NCBI GenBank assembly: GCA_002898535.1
Contig: BEHN01000005.1
Coordinates: 35,439-99,438, forward strand
Length of the DNA stretch: 64,000 bases
Source: a bacterium HR11
GTDB taxonomy: Bacteria; Acidobacteriota; HRBIN11
Reading direction: 5' to 3'
A program made the position numbers and the translations under genes. The notes under the pieces are model-generated. The model did no database searches, was not told the origin of the DNA, and saw only the letters and a list, made by a program, of their open reading frames with translations. Each line of letters begins with the position of its first letter. The first letter of the stretch is position 1. Of the stretch, positions 17,185 to 26,567 are shown in pieces.

Positions 17185-20100
17185 ATGGCGACCCGAAATC
17201 CCAGTTTTCTGGACTTGGATTACAGCCGCTACAACTTCCGGGATACCGTCGAATACGTCTACCGGACCCCAAAGGGCCTGACGCGGGAGATCGTGGCCGA
17301 GATCTCGGCCATCAAGGGCGAGCCCGAGTGGATGCGGGACTTCCGCCTGCGGGCCTACGAGATCTTCATCCGGAAGCCCATGCCGACGTGGGGCGCCGAC
17401 CTGAGTGGGGTCAACTTCGACGAGTACACGTACTACCTGCGGCCGACGGACCGGAAGGGCCGGACCTGGGACGAGGTCCCCGAGGAGATCCGGCGGACCT
17501 TCGAGCGGCTCGGCATCCCCGAGGCCGAGCGCAAGTTCCTGGCCGGCGTCGGCGCCCAGTATGAGTGCTTGGCCGGGGATACCCGTGTGTTCACCCACCG
17601 GGGGCCCGTGCCGATTCGGGACGTTCAGCCCGGCGATATCGTTTTTTCGTTTGACGAAGACCAGGGACGCCTCGTCCCGGCGCGTGTCAAGGCCCTGGCG
17701 TATAAGGGGGAACGCGAAGTCTTTGAGGTGAAGGTCGGGACCCGAAAACTTAAGGCGACGGCCAATCATCCCTTCCTGGTCCTGGAATACGAGCGGGCGC
17801 CGGGTCGGCGGCGGGGTCGATACCGGCGGACTTGGAAGTACCTTTATGAGTTAAAGCCTGGAGACCTCGTCGCCGTGGCGAAGCGTCTCCCAGATGTTGG
17901 CCGCCCCTATCGTCTGGAACGGCCGGAGGCGCCGGACGGTCGGGGGTGGCGGTATAACCCCATCGCCCTGCCGGAAGAGACGTCTCCTGACCTCATGTGG
18001 TGGCTGGGGCTTTACGTCGGGGACGGGACGATCCATCGGGATGGGCCTCGAAAGGCTCGGGTAGAATTGGCGATCCCGGCTTCAGACACGGCTCTGCGGG
18101 GCGAACTCCAGCGGGTCACCACCCGCCTGTTTGGGGTCCCGGCGAGAAATGGGGATGCCCATCGAATGACCGTTTATTCGACCCTGCTGGCCCGTTACTT
18201 GGAACAGAACGGGTTCGACGGGGATGCGCGTACGAAGCGAGTCCCGTCCTGGGTCTTCACCTTGCCCCGGGACCAGGTCTTAAGCTTCATCGGCGGATAT
18301 GTCGATGCCGATGGGTATGTCCGGTCGCACCCCAAGAGTCATGACGTCATCCTGACCAGTGTGAACAAGCCCTTGCTTCAGGATGTACAGGCCCTTTGCG
18401 TCCAGAGTGGCCTGGCTACGTCTCACATCCATCGTTTTGAGTCGAAGCATCCTTTGGAACCGACGCGGGCCATCGTCGGCTACCGACTTCAAATTTCGGG
18501 AGAGGTGGAGCAAATCGGAGTCCGGTCGCCCCAGCGAATGAATCGGTTGGGCCTAAAGAAGTACTATCATGATTACTCCAGTGCTCACGGGACGACCTTC
18601 CGGGACCACGTTAACGAGGACATCGGCTTCGTGCGGGTCGACTCTATCACGCCGGCCGGGACGGAAGCCGTATATGACATCGAGGTCGAGGGACCTCATA
18701 ACTTCGTGGCCGAGGGTCTGATCGTTCACAACTCGGAGGTCGTGTACCACCACATCCGGGAGGACCTGGCCAAGAAGGGCGTCATCTTTGTCGATACCGA
18801 CACGGCCGTCCGGGAGTATCCGGACCTGGTCCGCCCGTACTTTGGAACGGTCGTCCCGCCGGAGGACAACAAGTTTGCGGCCCTCAACAGCGCCGTCTGG
18901 AGCGGCGGGTCGTTCGTCTACGTCCCGGCGGGCGTGCGGGTCGACATCCCCCTTCAGGCGTACTTCCGGATCAACGCCGAGAACGTCGGCCAGTTCGAGC
19001 GGACGCTCATCATCGCCGAAGAGGGGGCCTACGTCCATTACATCGAGGGTTGTCTGCCGGCCGGCGAGCAGGTTAGCGTCGGCGACCGCTGGGTCAACGT
19101 CGAGAGCATCAAGCCGGGCGACTTGGTCGTCGCCCACACCGGTCGTAAGGCTCGGGTCCGGGCCGTCATGGTTCGACCCTACCGCGGTGACATGCTCACG
19201 ATCCGACCGGTCTCCCCGTACAACGCCTTCCGGCTGACGCCGGAGCACCCGGTATGGGTCGTCCGTCGGCGAGACGTCCTCGTCCGGCGCCGTCCCCGTA
19301 ACGGCTGGCTCCCGGAGGCCGACACGCAAAAGCTTCGGGCGGCTTTGCCGCAATATGTCCCGGCCGGTGAGCTGGAGGTCGGCGACTTCCTGGTCTTCCC
19401 GAAAGTGCGGTCGGAGGGCCATAACCCGAAGTACTCCCCTCAGCTCCTGAAGCTCCTGGGTTACTACCTGGCCGAGGGATCGGCGTTCGTCCATGGGAAA
19501 CCGACCGTCTCCTTTACATTTGGGGACCATGAAACAGACGTCATCGCAGAAGTCGTCTCGCTGATCCGGGAGCTGACGGGTCGTCATCCCTACGTCGTAC
19601 CCTTGAAGGGCCGTCATGCCGTGAATGTGATCGTGCAGTCGGAAGAGCTCATGAACTTGTGTGTCGAGGCTTGTGGTAAAGGAGCGGCGGACAAGCGGCT
19701 GAGCGAAGAACTCATGAAGCTTCCGCCCGAGCAAATTCGACCCCTCCTGGAGGCCTACTTCCGGGGGGACGGGAACGTCTGCGACAAAGGCAACAGCATC
19801 ATGTACCGGGCCGCTACGGCCTCGGAGAAGCTGGCCCAACAGATTCAGGAACTGTTGGCCCGGCAAGGAATCTTCGCCAGCATTCAGGTCCGGCCGGGCG
19901 GTGTCGACATGGTCCAGGGTCGGCGCATCCGACGCAAGGACCAGTACATCATTGTTTATACGCTCGACAAGCGGTGGAGCTTGGTCCGGGAGACGGATGA
20001 CTACTTCCTCGTCCCGATCCGGGCTATCGAGCGAACCCCTTACGAGGGCTTCGTGTTCAACCTGGACGTGGAGGGTCTTCAGTCCTATCTCGTCCGGGGC

Positions 20101-20823
20101 TTTGCCGTGCACAACTGCACGGCGCCCATCTATTCCAAGGACTCGCTCCACTCGGCCGTCGTCGAGATCATCGCCAAGCGGGGCGCCCACGTCCGGTACA
20201 CGACGATCCAGAACTGGTCGAAGAACGTCTACAACCTCGTGACGAAGCGGGCCGTCGCTTACGAAGACGCCACCGTCGAATGGATCGACGGGAATATGGG
20301 GTCCAAGGTCACGATGAAGTACCCGTGTGTGTACTTGCTGGGCAAGGGGGCGAAGGCCGAAATCCTGTCGGTCGCTTACGCCGGGGCCGGCCAGCATCAG
20401 GACTCGGGCGGCAAGGTCATCCACGGGGCACCCTACACGACCTCGACGATCACGTCCAAGTCCATCAGCAAGGACGGCGGTCGGACGACCTACCGGGGCC
20501 TCGTGAAGGTCCCGAAGGGGTCTGTCGGCGTGAAGGTCAACGTCCGGTGCGACGCCTTGATCCTGGACGAGAAGTCCCGCTCGGACACGTACCCCTACAT
20601 GGAGATCGAGGAAGAGCGGGTGACGATCGCCCATGAGGCGACCGTCGGCAAGATCAGCGACGACCAGATCTTCTACCTGATGTCGCGGGGCCTGACGGAG
20701 GCCGAGGCCCTGGCGTTGATCGTCCTGGGCTTCATCGAACCCTTTGCGAAAGTCTTACCGATGGAATATGCCATCGAGTTGAATCGGCTGATTCAGCTCG
20801 AAATGGAGGGGGCGGTCGGTTAA
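17185..20823 (+). CDS. sufB: Fe-S cluster assembly protein SufB precursor containing two inteins (extein sum 468 aa)
   Basis: Exteins read ...GVGAQYE|SEVVYHHIRED...YIEG|CTAPIYSKDSLHSAVVEI...EMEGAVG and are collinear with canonical SufB. Strong RBS TAGGAGG. Confidence 0.9.
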   Translation: MATRNPSFLDLDYSRYNFRDTVEYVYRTPKGLTREIVAEISAIKGEPEWMRDFRLRAYEIFIRKPMPTWGADLSGVNFDEYTYYLRPTDRKGRTWDEVPEEIRRTFERLGIPEAERKFLAGVGAQYECLAGDTRVFTHRGPVPIRDVQPGDIVFSFDEDQGRLVPARVKALAYKGEREVFEVKVGTRKLKATANHPFLVLEYERAPGRRRGRYRRTWKYLYELKPGDLVAVAKRLPDVGRPYRLERPEAPDGRGWRYNPIALPEETSPDLMWWLGLYVGDGTIHRDGPRKARVELAIPASDTALRGELQRVTTRLFGVPARNGDAHRMTVYSTLLARYLEQNGFDGDARTKRVPSWVFTLPRDQVLSFIGGYVDADGYVRSHPKSHDVILTSVNKPLLQDVQALCVQSGLATSHIHRFESKHPLEPTRAIVGYRLQISGEVEQIGVRSPQRMNRLGLKKYYHDYSSAHGTTFRDHVNEDIGFVRVDSITPAGTEAVYDIEVEGPHNFVAEGLIVHNSEVVYHHIREDLAKKGVIFVDTDTAVREYPDLVRPYFGTVVPPEDNKFAALNSAVWSGGSFVYVPAGVRVDIPLQAYFRINAENVGQFERTLIIAEEGAYVHYIEGCLPAGEQVSVGDRWVNVESIKPGDLVVAHTGRKARVRAVMVRPYRGDMLTIRPVSPYNAFRLTPEHPVWVVRRRDVLVRRRPRNGWLPEADTQKLRAALPQYVPAGELEVGDFLVFPKVRSEGHNPKYSPQLLKLLGYYLAEGSAFVHGKPTVSFTFGDHETDVIAEVVSLIRELTGRHPYVVPLKGRHAVNVIVQSEELMNLCVEACGKGAADKRLSEELMKLPPEQIRPLLEAYFRGDGNVCDKGNSIMYRAATASEKLAQQIQELLARQGIFASIQVRPGGVDMVQGRRIRRKDQYIIVYTLDKRWSLVRETDDYFLVPIRAIERTPYEGFVFNLDVEGLQSYLVRGFAVHNCTAPIYSKDSLHSAVVEIIAKRGAHVRYTTIQNWSKNVYNLVTKRAVAYEDATVEWIDGNMGSKVTMKYPCVYLLGKGAKAEILSVAYAGAGQHQDSGGKVIHGAPYTTSTITSKSISKDGGRTTYRGLVKVPKGSVGVKVNVRCDALILDEKSRSDTYPYMEIEEERVTIAHEATVGKISDDQIFYLMSRGLTEAEALALIVLGFIEPFAKVLPMEYAIELNRLIQLEMEGAVG
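17566..18732 (+). mobile_element. SufB intein 1 (389 aa) with LAGLIDADG homing-endonuclease domain
   Basis: Starts CLAGDTRVF, block B TANHPF, ends GLIVHN followed by +1 Ser. LAGLIDADG motifs LGLYVGDGTI and IGGYVDADGYV. Inserted in the conserved AQYE|SEVVY site. Confidence 0.85.
19051..20115 (+). mobile_element. SufB intein 2 (355 aa) with LAGLIDADG homing-endonuclease domain
   Basis: Starts CLPAGEQVSV, block B LTPEHPV, ends GFAVHN followed by +1 Cys. LAGLIDADG motifs LGYYLAEGSA and LEAYFRGDGNV. Inserted in the conserved EG|CTAP site. Confidence 0.85.
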
Positions 20824-20831
20824 CAACCGAC

Positions 20832-20879
20832 GGGGCCGCTCCCGATGAGGGAACGGCCCCTACCTATTTCTTTCTTTTT
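20832..20879 (+). terminator. intrinsic-terminator-like hairpin after sufB
   Basis: GGGGCCG (20832-20838) ... CGGCCCC (20854-20860), followed by the T-rich TACCTATTTCTTTCTTTTT. Confidence 0.45.
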
Positions 20880-21158
20880 AATGATGCAAGATGCAGACTA
20901 CAGGATGCAAGATGCAGGATCGACCGAGGCCTGGAGGGCCTGCCTCCATAGATTCCATCCTGCATATCGAGTCTTTGGTGTGAAGGACGGGGGGGGGGTC
21001 TGGGTTTGAGTCCTACCGAACGCCCGACCCCAAGACCGAGTCCCCACAGTTCGACCGAACCAAGCCGTAGCGCATCGTTCAGTCGGGACCTATGGACACA
21101 GGCCATGCGAGTTTCGGCCGATCCTGTATCCCGCACGTCCGATAAGGGAAGGCATGGA

Positions 21159-22457
21159 ATGATGAGGGCGGTCGTCTCGACGATCCCTGTCTTACGCTCT
21201 CGGGAAGATTTCGAGCGGTGGCTTCAGGCGCAGGCAGAGCCGGCCTGGCTTCAAGCGTGGCGCCGGCATTGCTGGCAGTCGGCCGAGGACCAACCGGGAT
21301 GGCCGGAGTCCCGCTACACCCGTCTGCGGGGCTTCCAGCCGGAGACTTATGAGGTGCCCGCCGAGTGGGGCCTCCGACCCCGACCCGATTGGGACCTGGA
21401 CCCCTCCTACGTGTGGGTCGTCGTTCGGGACGACGGCCTTTCCGTCGACCCCGTCCCGGACCGGTGGAAGCGGGCCCTGCGGGTCGCCCGCTTTCGGGAA
21501 ATGGTCGCCGCCGGGGACGACCGCCTGCGGCGCTTTTGGGAAGACGGGCAGTGCCTCGTCGACCCCGAGACGAGCCGGCCGGCCGCCTATCTCAACGGCC
21601 TCTGGACCGACGGCCTCTGGGTCGAGTTCCACCCAGCCGATGAGGCGTCCCCGGCGCTGGGGATTCGGATTCAACGGACCCGGCCTCAGGTAGGCCTCGT
21701 CTTTCCGATCGTCGTATGGGCCCGTCCCGACAGCCGGGGGACGCTCCTCGTAGAGACGGAAAGCGACGACCCTGCGTGGGACGGCTTCCTGATCACGGGC
21801 CTGCAGGTCTTCTCGGAAGCCCGGTCGGACCTGAACATCCAGTGCATCTGGAACGACGCCGAGGAGAGTTTTGACTTCGTCTTTCACCATGCCCGGATCG
21901 AGCGGGACGCCCGGCTGAGCTGGGCGACGGGTTGGTTTGGGAGTCGCATCACGCAGGGCCGCCATCATATGCGGGTGGCCGAGCCGGGAGCGGAACTGAG
22001 CGACATTCATGTCGTGTTCGGCCATCAGCGCCAGCATTTCGACTCCCAGATCTTTGTTCAACACACGGGGCCGTATACGAAGAGTCACGTCCTGATGCGG
22101 GGCGTCATGAAAGACCGGGCCCGGAACGTCTTTTACGGCTTGATCCGTCTGGAGCCGGTCGCCCAGAACGCCGACGCCTACCTGCAGGACCATATCATGC
22201 TGTTGAATCCGGGCGCTCACTCGGACTCGATTCCGGCCCTCGAGATCGAGGCGAACCAGGTCCGGTGCGGTCACAGTGCGTCGGTCGGTGAGATCGACGA
22301 AGAGCAGTTGTTCTACCTTCAATCCCGGGGTCTGGACGAGACGACGGCCCGGAAGCTGATCGTCGAGGGCTTCCTGGCGCCGGCCATCGAGGCCATCGCC
22401 CTGGAGGACGTCCGGGCGCGCATTCAGGCGGGGATCGACCGGAAGTGGGCGCAGTAG
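21159..22457 (+). CDS. sufD: Fe-S cluster assembly protein SufD
   Basis: Start MMRAVVST at 21159. C-terminal ...RCGHSASVGEIDEEQLFYLQSRGL..ARKLIVEGF is typical of SufB/D. The upstream 51 codons of ORF 21006.. are rejected. Confidence 0.85.
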   Translation: MMRAVVSTIPVLRSREDFERWLQAQAEPAWLQAWRRHCWQSAEDQPGWPESRYTRLRGFQPETYEVPAEWGLRPRPDWDLDPSYVWVVVRDDGLSVDPVPDRWKRALRVARFREMVAAGDDRLRRFWEDGQCLVDPETSRPAAYLNGLWTDGLWVEFHPADEASPALGIRIQRTRPQVGLVFPIVVWARPDSRGTLLVETESDDPAWDGFLITGLQVFSEARSDLNIQCIWNDAEESFDFVFHHARIERDARLSWATGWFGSRITQGRHHMRVAEPGAELSDIHVVFGHQRQHFDSQIFVQHTGPYTKSHVLMRGVMKDRARNVFYGLIRLEPVAQNADAYLQDHIMLLNPGAHSDSIPALEIEANQVRCGHSASVGEIDEEQLFYLQSRGLDETTARKLIVEGFLAPAIEAIALEDVRARIQAGIDRKWAQ

Positions 22458-22540
22458 TTGAGCAGTCAGGCAATAAGGCAGGTCGGCAGATAGGGCGCAT
22501 GGGCCTCCGGCCTGCCGACAGGCGAGGCGGTGCGGATGTA

Positions 22541-22644
22541 GTAGGGATGCGATGGGGATGCGATGGGGATGCGATCGCATCACTACGCATCACTACGCAT
22601 CACTACGCATCTCTATGCATCCCTATGCGTCTCTATGCATCATC
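22541..22644. repeat. long imperfect hairpin made of tandem 11-mers (GGGGATGCGAT x3) facing tandem 10-mers (GCATCACTAC x3 plus variants)
   Basis: Direct reading. The symmetry centre is GCGATCGC at 22571-22578. Confidence 0.8.
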
Positions 22645-22805
22645 AGATGGGCTGAAAAGCCGAGTTCATCGGGATGCTCACGGACCCAACGGTCCTGTTA
22701 CCTACGCCGGTCCATCGGCCGACCCGCCTCATGACCTTACTACCGTATCGTCTTCGTGCTACAATATCCGACCGATGGTGGAATCCCCCTCAGCCGGTGG
22801 CGGCT

Positions 22806-23201
22806 ATGAGCCTGTACGAAAGCGAGGCTTACGAATACCTCCTGGACCACTACGAGAATCCGCGAAACTACGGGACCCTGGAGGACGCCGACATCTCTTA
22901 CGAAGAGGGCAATCCATCATGCGGGGACGTGATCCGCATCGACGTCCGGACCCAAGAAGGCCGTATCGCCGACATCCGGTTTTCCGGCAAAGGTTGCGTC
23001 ATCAGTCAGGCGTCGGCTTCGATCCTGACCGAGCTCGTCAAGGGCAAGACCCTCGAAGAGGTCAAGCAGATGACGAAGGACGACGTCCTCCAGGCCCTGG
23101 GGATCCCTATCAGCGCCATGCGGCTGAAGTGTGCCCTCTTGGGCCTGAAGGTCTTGAAGGCCGGCCTGTACGGCATCCACCGTTGGCCGGACGAGGAGTA
23201 G
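22806..23201 (+). CDS. sufU: SufU/IscU-type Fe-S scaffold / sulfur acceptor
   Basis: MSLYESEAYEYLLDHYENPRNYG with three conserved Cys (NPSCGD, GKGCVIS, RLKCALL). ATG 22806. Confidence 0.85.
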   Translation: MSLYESEAYEYLLDHYENPRNYGTLEDADISYEEGNPSCGDVIRIDVRTQEGRIADIRFSGKGCVISQASASILTELVKGKTLEEVKQMTKDDVLQALGIPISAMRLKCALLGLKVLKAGLYGIHRWPDEE

Positions 23202-23392
23202 CAGAGCCGTTCGGCAGGTCAGCAGATGGGCAGGTCGGGAGATAGGCAGTCGGCAGATGGGCAGACGAGGAGATGGGAAACCATTCGCCATTCGCTATTC
23301 GCCGTTCGATGTTCACCTTTGATTCGGGCAGGGGGAAAGGTCGTCCTGAAGCTGTTCCTCACGAATCAAACGGCTCTGGTAGGAGAGGCCCT

Positions 23393-23713
23393 ATGAGCCG
23401 GTGGGTGAAGGTCACGACATTGGATGCGCTCCAGGAAGACGACGTGCCGTATCCCTTTGACGTGGACGGCGAGCCCGTCGTGGTCATCCGGAAGGGAAGG
23501 GAGGTCTATGCCCTGCGGGACGTCTGTACCCACATGGAGTATCCCCTGCACGACGGTAGGGTCGAGGACTACGTGATCGAATGCGCCTACCACGGCGCTC
23601 GTTTTGACATCCGGACCGGCGAGGTCCTGGCCCTCCCGGCCTTCGTCCCCGTGCAGGCGTATCCCGTCCGCCTGGAGGGCCGAGAGGTCTGGATCGACCT
23701 CGAACCGGAGTAG
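23393..23713 (+). CDS. Rieske [2Fe-2S] ferredoxin-like protein
   Basis: CTHMEYPL ... CAYHGARF (CxH...CxxH). 106 aa from ATG 23393. Confidence 0.8.
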   Translation: MSRWVKVTTLDALQEDDVPYPFDVDGEPVVVIRKGREVYALRDVCTHMEYPLHDGRVEDYVIECAYHGARFDIRTGEVLALPAFVPVQAYPVRLEGREVWIDLEPE

Positions 23714-23812
23714 GGCAGTAAGGCCGTAAGGGAACCCGGACGGTAGGCGCCCCCGAACTCACTCTCCCATACTGCCCGACTGCCTTATTGCCCGATTCAT
23801 GAGGGGGTACCT

Positions 23813-25066
23813 ATGCAGGAGACTCGACCGGCGGTGGGATTGGATCCCCGAGTCATCCGGGCCGACTTCCCCATCTTTCGTCGGGAAGTCCACGGCCGCC
23901 GCCTCGTATACCTGGACAATGCGGCGACCAGCCAGCGGCCCCAGGCGGTCATCGACGCCGTCCGCCAGTTTTACGAGTGCTTCAACGCCAACATCCATCG
24001 GGCCGTCCACACCCTGAGCCACGAGGCGACGGTTGCATACGAGGAGGCCCACAAGAAGGTCGCCCGCTTTATCGGCGCTCGGTCGTGGCGGGAAATCGTT
24101 TTCGTCCGCAACGCCACGGAGGCGATGAACCTGGTCGCCCACGCCTGGGGCCTGTGGAACCTGCGGGAGGGCGACGAGGTCGTCCTGACGATCATGGAGC
24201 ACCACTCGAACATCGTGCCGTGGCACTTTCTCCGGAAGTTCCGGGGCATTCGCCTCCACTTCGTGGACGTCGATGACCGGGGCCGGCTCCGGCTCGACCA
24301 GTACTATGAGTTACTCGAGCGGCCGCGCGTGCGCCTGGCCGCCTTCACGATGGCCTCCAACGTCCTGGGGACGGTCAACCCTGTCCAGGAGATGGTCCGG
24401 GCGGCCCGGGAACGGGGCATCGTGACGCTGATCGATGCGGCCCAGGGGGCGCCGCACCTTCCCATCGACGTGCAGGCCCTGGGATGTGATTTCTTGGCCG
24501 TATCGGGCCACAAGATGCTGGGTCCGACGGGGATCGGCTTCCTGTATGCCCGAGAGGAAGTGCTTCAGACGATGGAGCCCTTCCTGTACGGGGGCGACAT
24601 GATTTCGAGGGTCACGACGGAGGGCGCCGAGTGGAACGAGCTCCCGTGGAAGTACGAAGCCGGCACGCCCCACATCGCCGGGGGGATCGGCCTGGGCGCT
24701 GCCGTCGATTACCTGATGCATCTGGGGATGGACCGGGTCTATGAGCACGAGCGCCGTCTTCTGGCCTATGCCCTGGAGCGTCTCCAGACCGTCCCGGGCA
24801 TTCGCCTGTACGGTCCCGAGGAGGGCCCCCGTGTGGGCGTCATCTCGTTTACCTTCGAGAAAGCGCACCCTCACGACGTGGCCCACATCCTGGACGAGCA
24901 CGGCGTCGCCGTCCGGTCCGGCCATCACTGCGCCCAGCCCCTGATGCGCCGCCTCGGGATGGACAACACGGTCCGGGCCAGCTTTTACATTTACAATGAC
25001 GAGGAAGACGTGGACGTCCTCGTCGAGGCCCTCCAGAAGGTCGTCCGCATCTTCAAAATCCGGTGA
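23813..25066 (+). CDS. sufS: cysteine desulfurase SufS (group II)
   Basis: SGHKMLGPTGIGFLY PLP-lysine and RSGHHCAQPL active-site Cys. Confidence 0.9.
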   Translation: MQETRPAVGLDPRVIRADFPIFRREVHGRRLVYLDNAATSQRPQAVIDAVRQFYECFNANIHRAVHTLSHEATVAYEEAHKKVARFIGARSWREIVFVRNATEAMNLVAHAWGLWNLREGDEVVLTIMEHHSNIVPWHFLRKFRGIRLHFVDVDDRGRLRLDQYYELLERPRVRLAAFTMASNVLGTVNPVQEMVRAARERGIVTLIDAAQGAPHLPIDVQALGCDFLAVSGHKMLGPTGIGFLYAREEVLQTMEPFLYGGDMISRVTTEGAEWNELPWKYEAGTPHIAGGIGLGAAVDYLMHLGMDRVYEHERRLLAYALERLQTVPGIRLYGPEEGPRVGVISFTFEKAHPHDVAHILDEHGVAVRSGHHCAQPLMRRLGMDNTVRASFYIYNDEEDVDVLVEALQKVVRIFKIR

Positions 25067-25091
25067 AGGTCCGGTGAAGCCGGCCCGGGGG

Positions 25092-25862
25092 TTAAAACCT
25101 CAAGGCCGCCGCCAGAAAGGGGCCGGCCAGAGTAACCCGCACGAAGTCCGTCCCCGATTCGGCCCGCCCGTGCAGGTAGCGGTAGCCCCCCGAGAGGCGG
25201 AGGTACCGGACCGGCGTGACCTGCACGCCGACCTCCCAGTCCCAGAAGGCCCCGTAGGAGCCCACCGGAAGGCCCGAAATCTCCGCAAACATGCCGATCC
25301 AGTCGGAAGGCTGTACCTCGAGCGCCGCCCCCGGCGTCGGGGCACCCGCCCACCACGTCCGGGCGGCCGACACCGGGACGGGCAGGTCCGGCGTCGTCAG
25401 CGAGCCCTCGGCCCGGAGGCCCTTCAAGTCCAGCAAAGGCTCCAGCCGGACGACCCCATCGCCCAGGTCGATCAGTCGCCAGGTCCACCCGAACCGCAGG
25501 TACCGGAGCCGAAATGCAGAGGCGACCCGCGTGCCGAATTCGTACGTGCGGCCGCGGAATCGGACCGTGGTCTGGACGACGCGGTCGCCCTGATAGTCGA
25601 TCGCCGTGTAAGCCAGGCGGAGCCGGTGCTTGCGGCCGATGGACCAGGTCAGGCGGGCTTCTGGGAATCGGCGGTCGCTCACGCCCAGGTCTCGCTTGAG
25701 GTCGACGTCGGTCGCCAGCCTGTCGGCGACGGCGGTCCGGGCGTAGGCCGTCAGGGTGGGTCCCCAGAGGCGGCCCTCCAGCTCCAGGCGGGCCGAAACT
25801 TCCTGGGCCCAGGCCATTGATCCGACCCATCCCCATGCGAGAGTCCACAAGAGGATGCGCAT
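25092..25862 (-). CDS. outer-membrane beta-barrel protein (uncharacterised)
   Basis: Signal peptide MRILLWTLAWGWVGSMAWAQ, alternating beta-strand pattern and C-terminal ...AAALRF with terminal Phe. Confidence 0.6.
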   Translation of the reverse strand: MRILLWTLAWGWVGSMAWAQEVSARLELEGRLWGPTLTAYARTAVADRLATDVDLKRDLGVSDRRFPEARLTWSIGRKHRLRLAYTAIDYQGDRVVQTTVRFRGRTYEFGTRVASAFRLRYLRFGWTWRLIDLGDGVVRLEPLLDLKGLRAEGSLTTPDLPVPVSAARTWWAGAPTPGAALEVQPSDWIGMFAEISGLPVGSYGAFWDWEVGVQVTPVRYLRLSGGYRYLHGRAESGTDFVRVTLAGPFLAAALRF

Positions 25863-26476
25863 GGCATCCGTCTCTCCTCAGGGGGGTTAGGTTTGATGAA
25901 GCTGGATCTTACACCACGGGCCGCGGGCGGATCTCGGTGGGTTTTGCGGATTCCCGGCCCGCTCGCCTGTCTCGTGGGTAGCGTGAACGGGTGCCGTTCA
26001 CGCTTACACTTGTCTCCCCAAGTGTCGAACCGATTCGACACTGATGTTTACTGGACTCAACACCCGGAGGATTTGCATAGATGGGGTCGCCGCCCGTGGC
26101 GGCGCCGCGTGGTGTCGATGAGATTAGACATCCGGGCCGAGGAAACGGGTGAGGGATGACGGGAAAAGGCTCTGCCGTCGGGCCATCCGGGGCCGCCTCC
26201 GGTCATTGGCATGGAGTTTGCACAGGGGGCTTGGACGTTCCGCTGGTCGAGACGGCGGGCGCGCGACGACGTCCCCGACGGCGGGTGGCCGTACGCTGTG
26301 ACTCGGACGTGGGCGGGCGGGTGGCGTCTATCTCGTGGTGGTGGTCGTCGAGTTGCGGCGGTGGCGGCGGGGGAGGGCCCGCGAGCGAAGGGGAGGAGCC
26401 TCCCATGGAGGCTCCTGGGCCGCTGACCGTTGACTTGATCCGCCGTCGGGAAGCGGCTAACTTAGATAGGCATCGT

Positions 26477-26554
26477 GGCCCTATCGTCTAGCCAGGTCCA
26501 GGACGGGGGATTCTCAGTCCTCAAACCCGGGTTCAAATCCCGGTAGGGCCACCA
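26477..26554 (+). tRNA. tRNA-Glu (anticodon CUC), CCA encoded
   Basis: Manual fold: acceptor GGCCCTA/TAGGGCC, D-stem GTCT/GGAC, anticodon stem GGGGA/TCCTC with loop TTCTCAG, T-arm CCGGG-TTCAAAT-CCCGG, discriminator A, then CCA. Confidence 0.9.
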
Positions 26555-26567
26555 AGGCGGTTTCTTC

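Noticed and set aside
18553-20634. A 693-aa antisense ORF inside sufB. Similar long shadow ORFs lie at 735-2093, 21192-22583, 27680-29656, 30600-32348, 33247-34938 (5' part), 43751-45139, 58578-59678 and 59709-61124.
   Set aside because: These are typical stop-poor alternative frames of GC-rich coding DNA. Their translations are Arg/Pro/Gly-rich low complexity with no motifs, while the opposite or other frame encodes a clearly recognisable protein.
22571-22578. GCGATCGC, the cyanobacterial HIP1 palindrome, at the centre of the 10/11-mer hairpin.
   Set aside because: It is a single occurrence generated by the junction of the two arms. Nothing else suggests a cyanobacterial origin or HIP1 enrichment.
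25863-26476. A possible RNase P RNA, tmRNA, SRP RNA or 6S RNA in the long gap before tRNA-Glu.
   Set aside because: I could not find the conserved strings I know for these RNAs (GAGGAAAGTCCGGGC, the tmRNA 5' GGGG...TTCGACG with a tag ORF, or the SRP GGAAGCAGCC). It is kept only as a low-interest finding.
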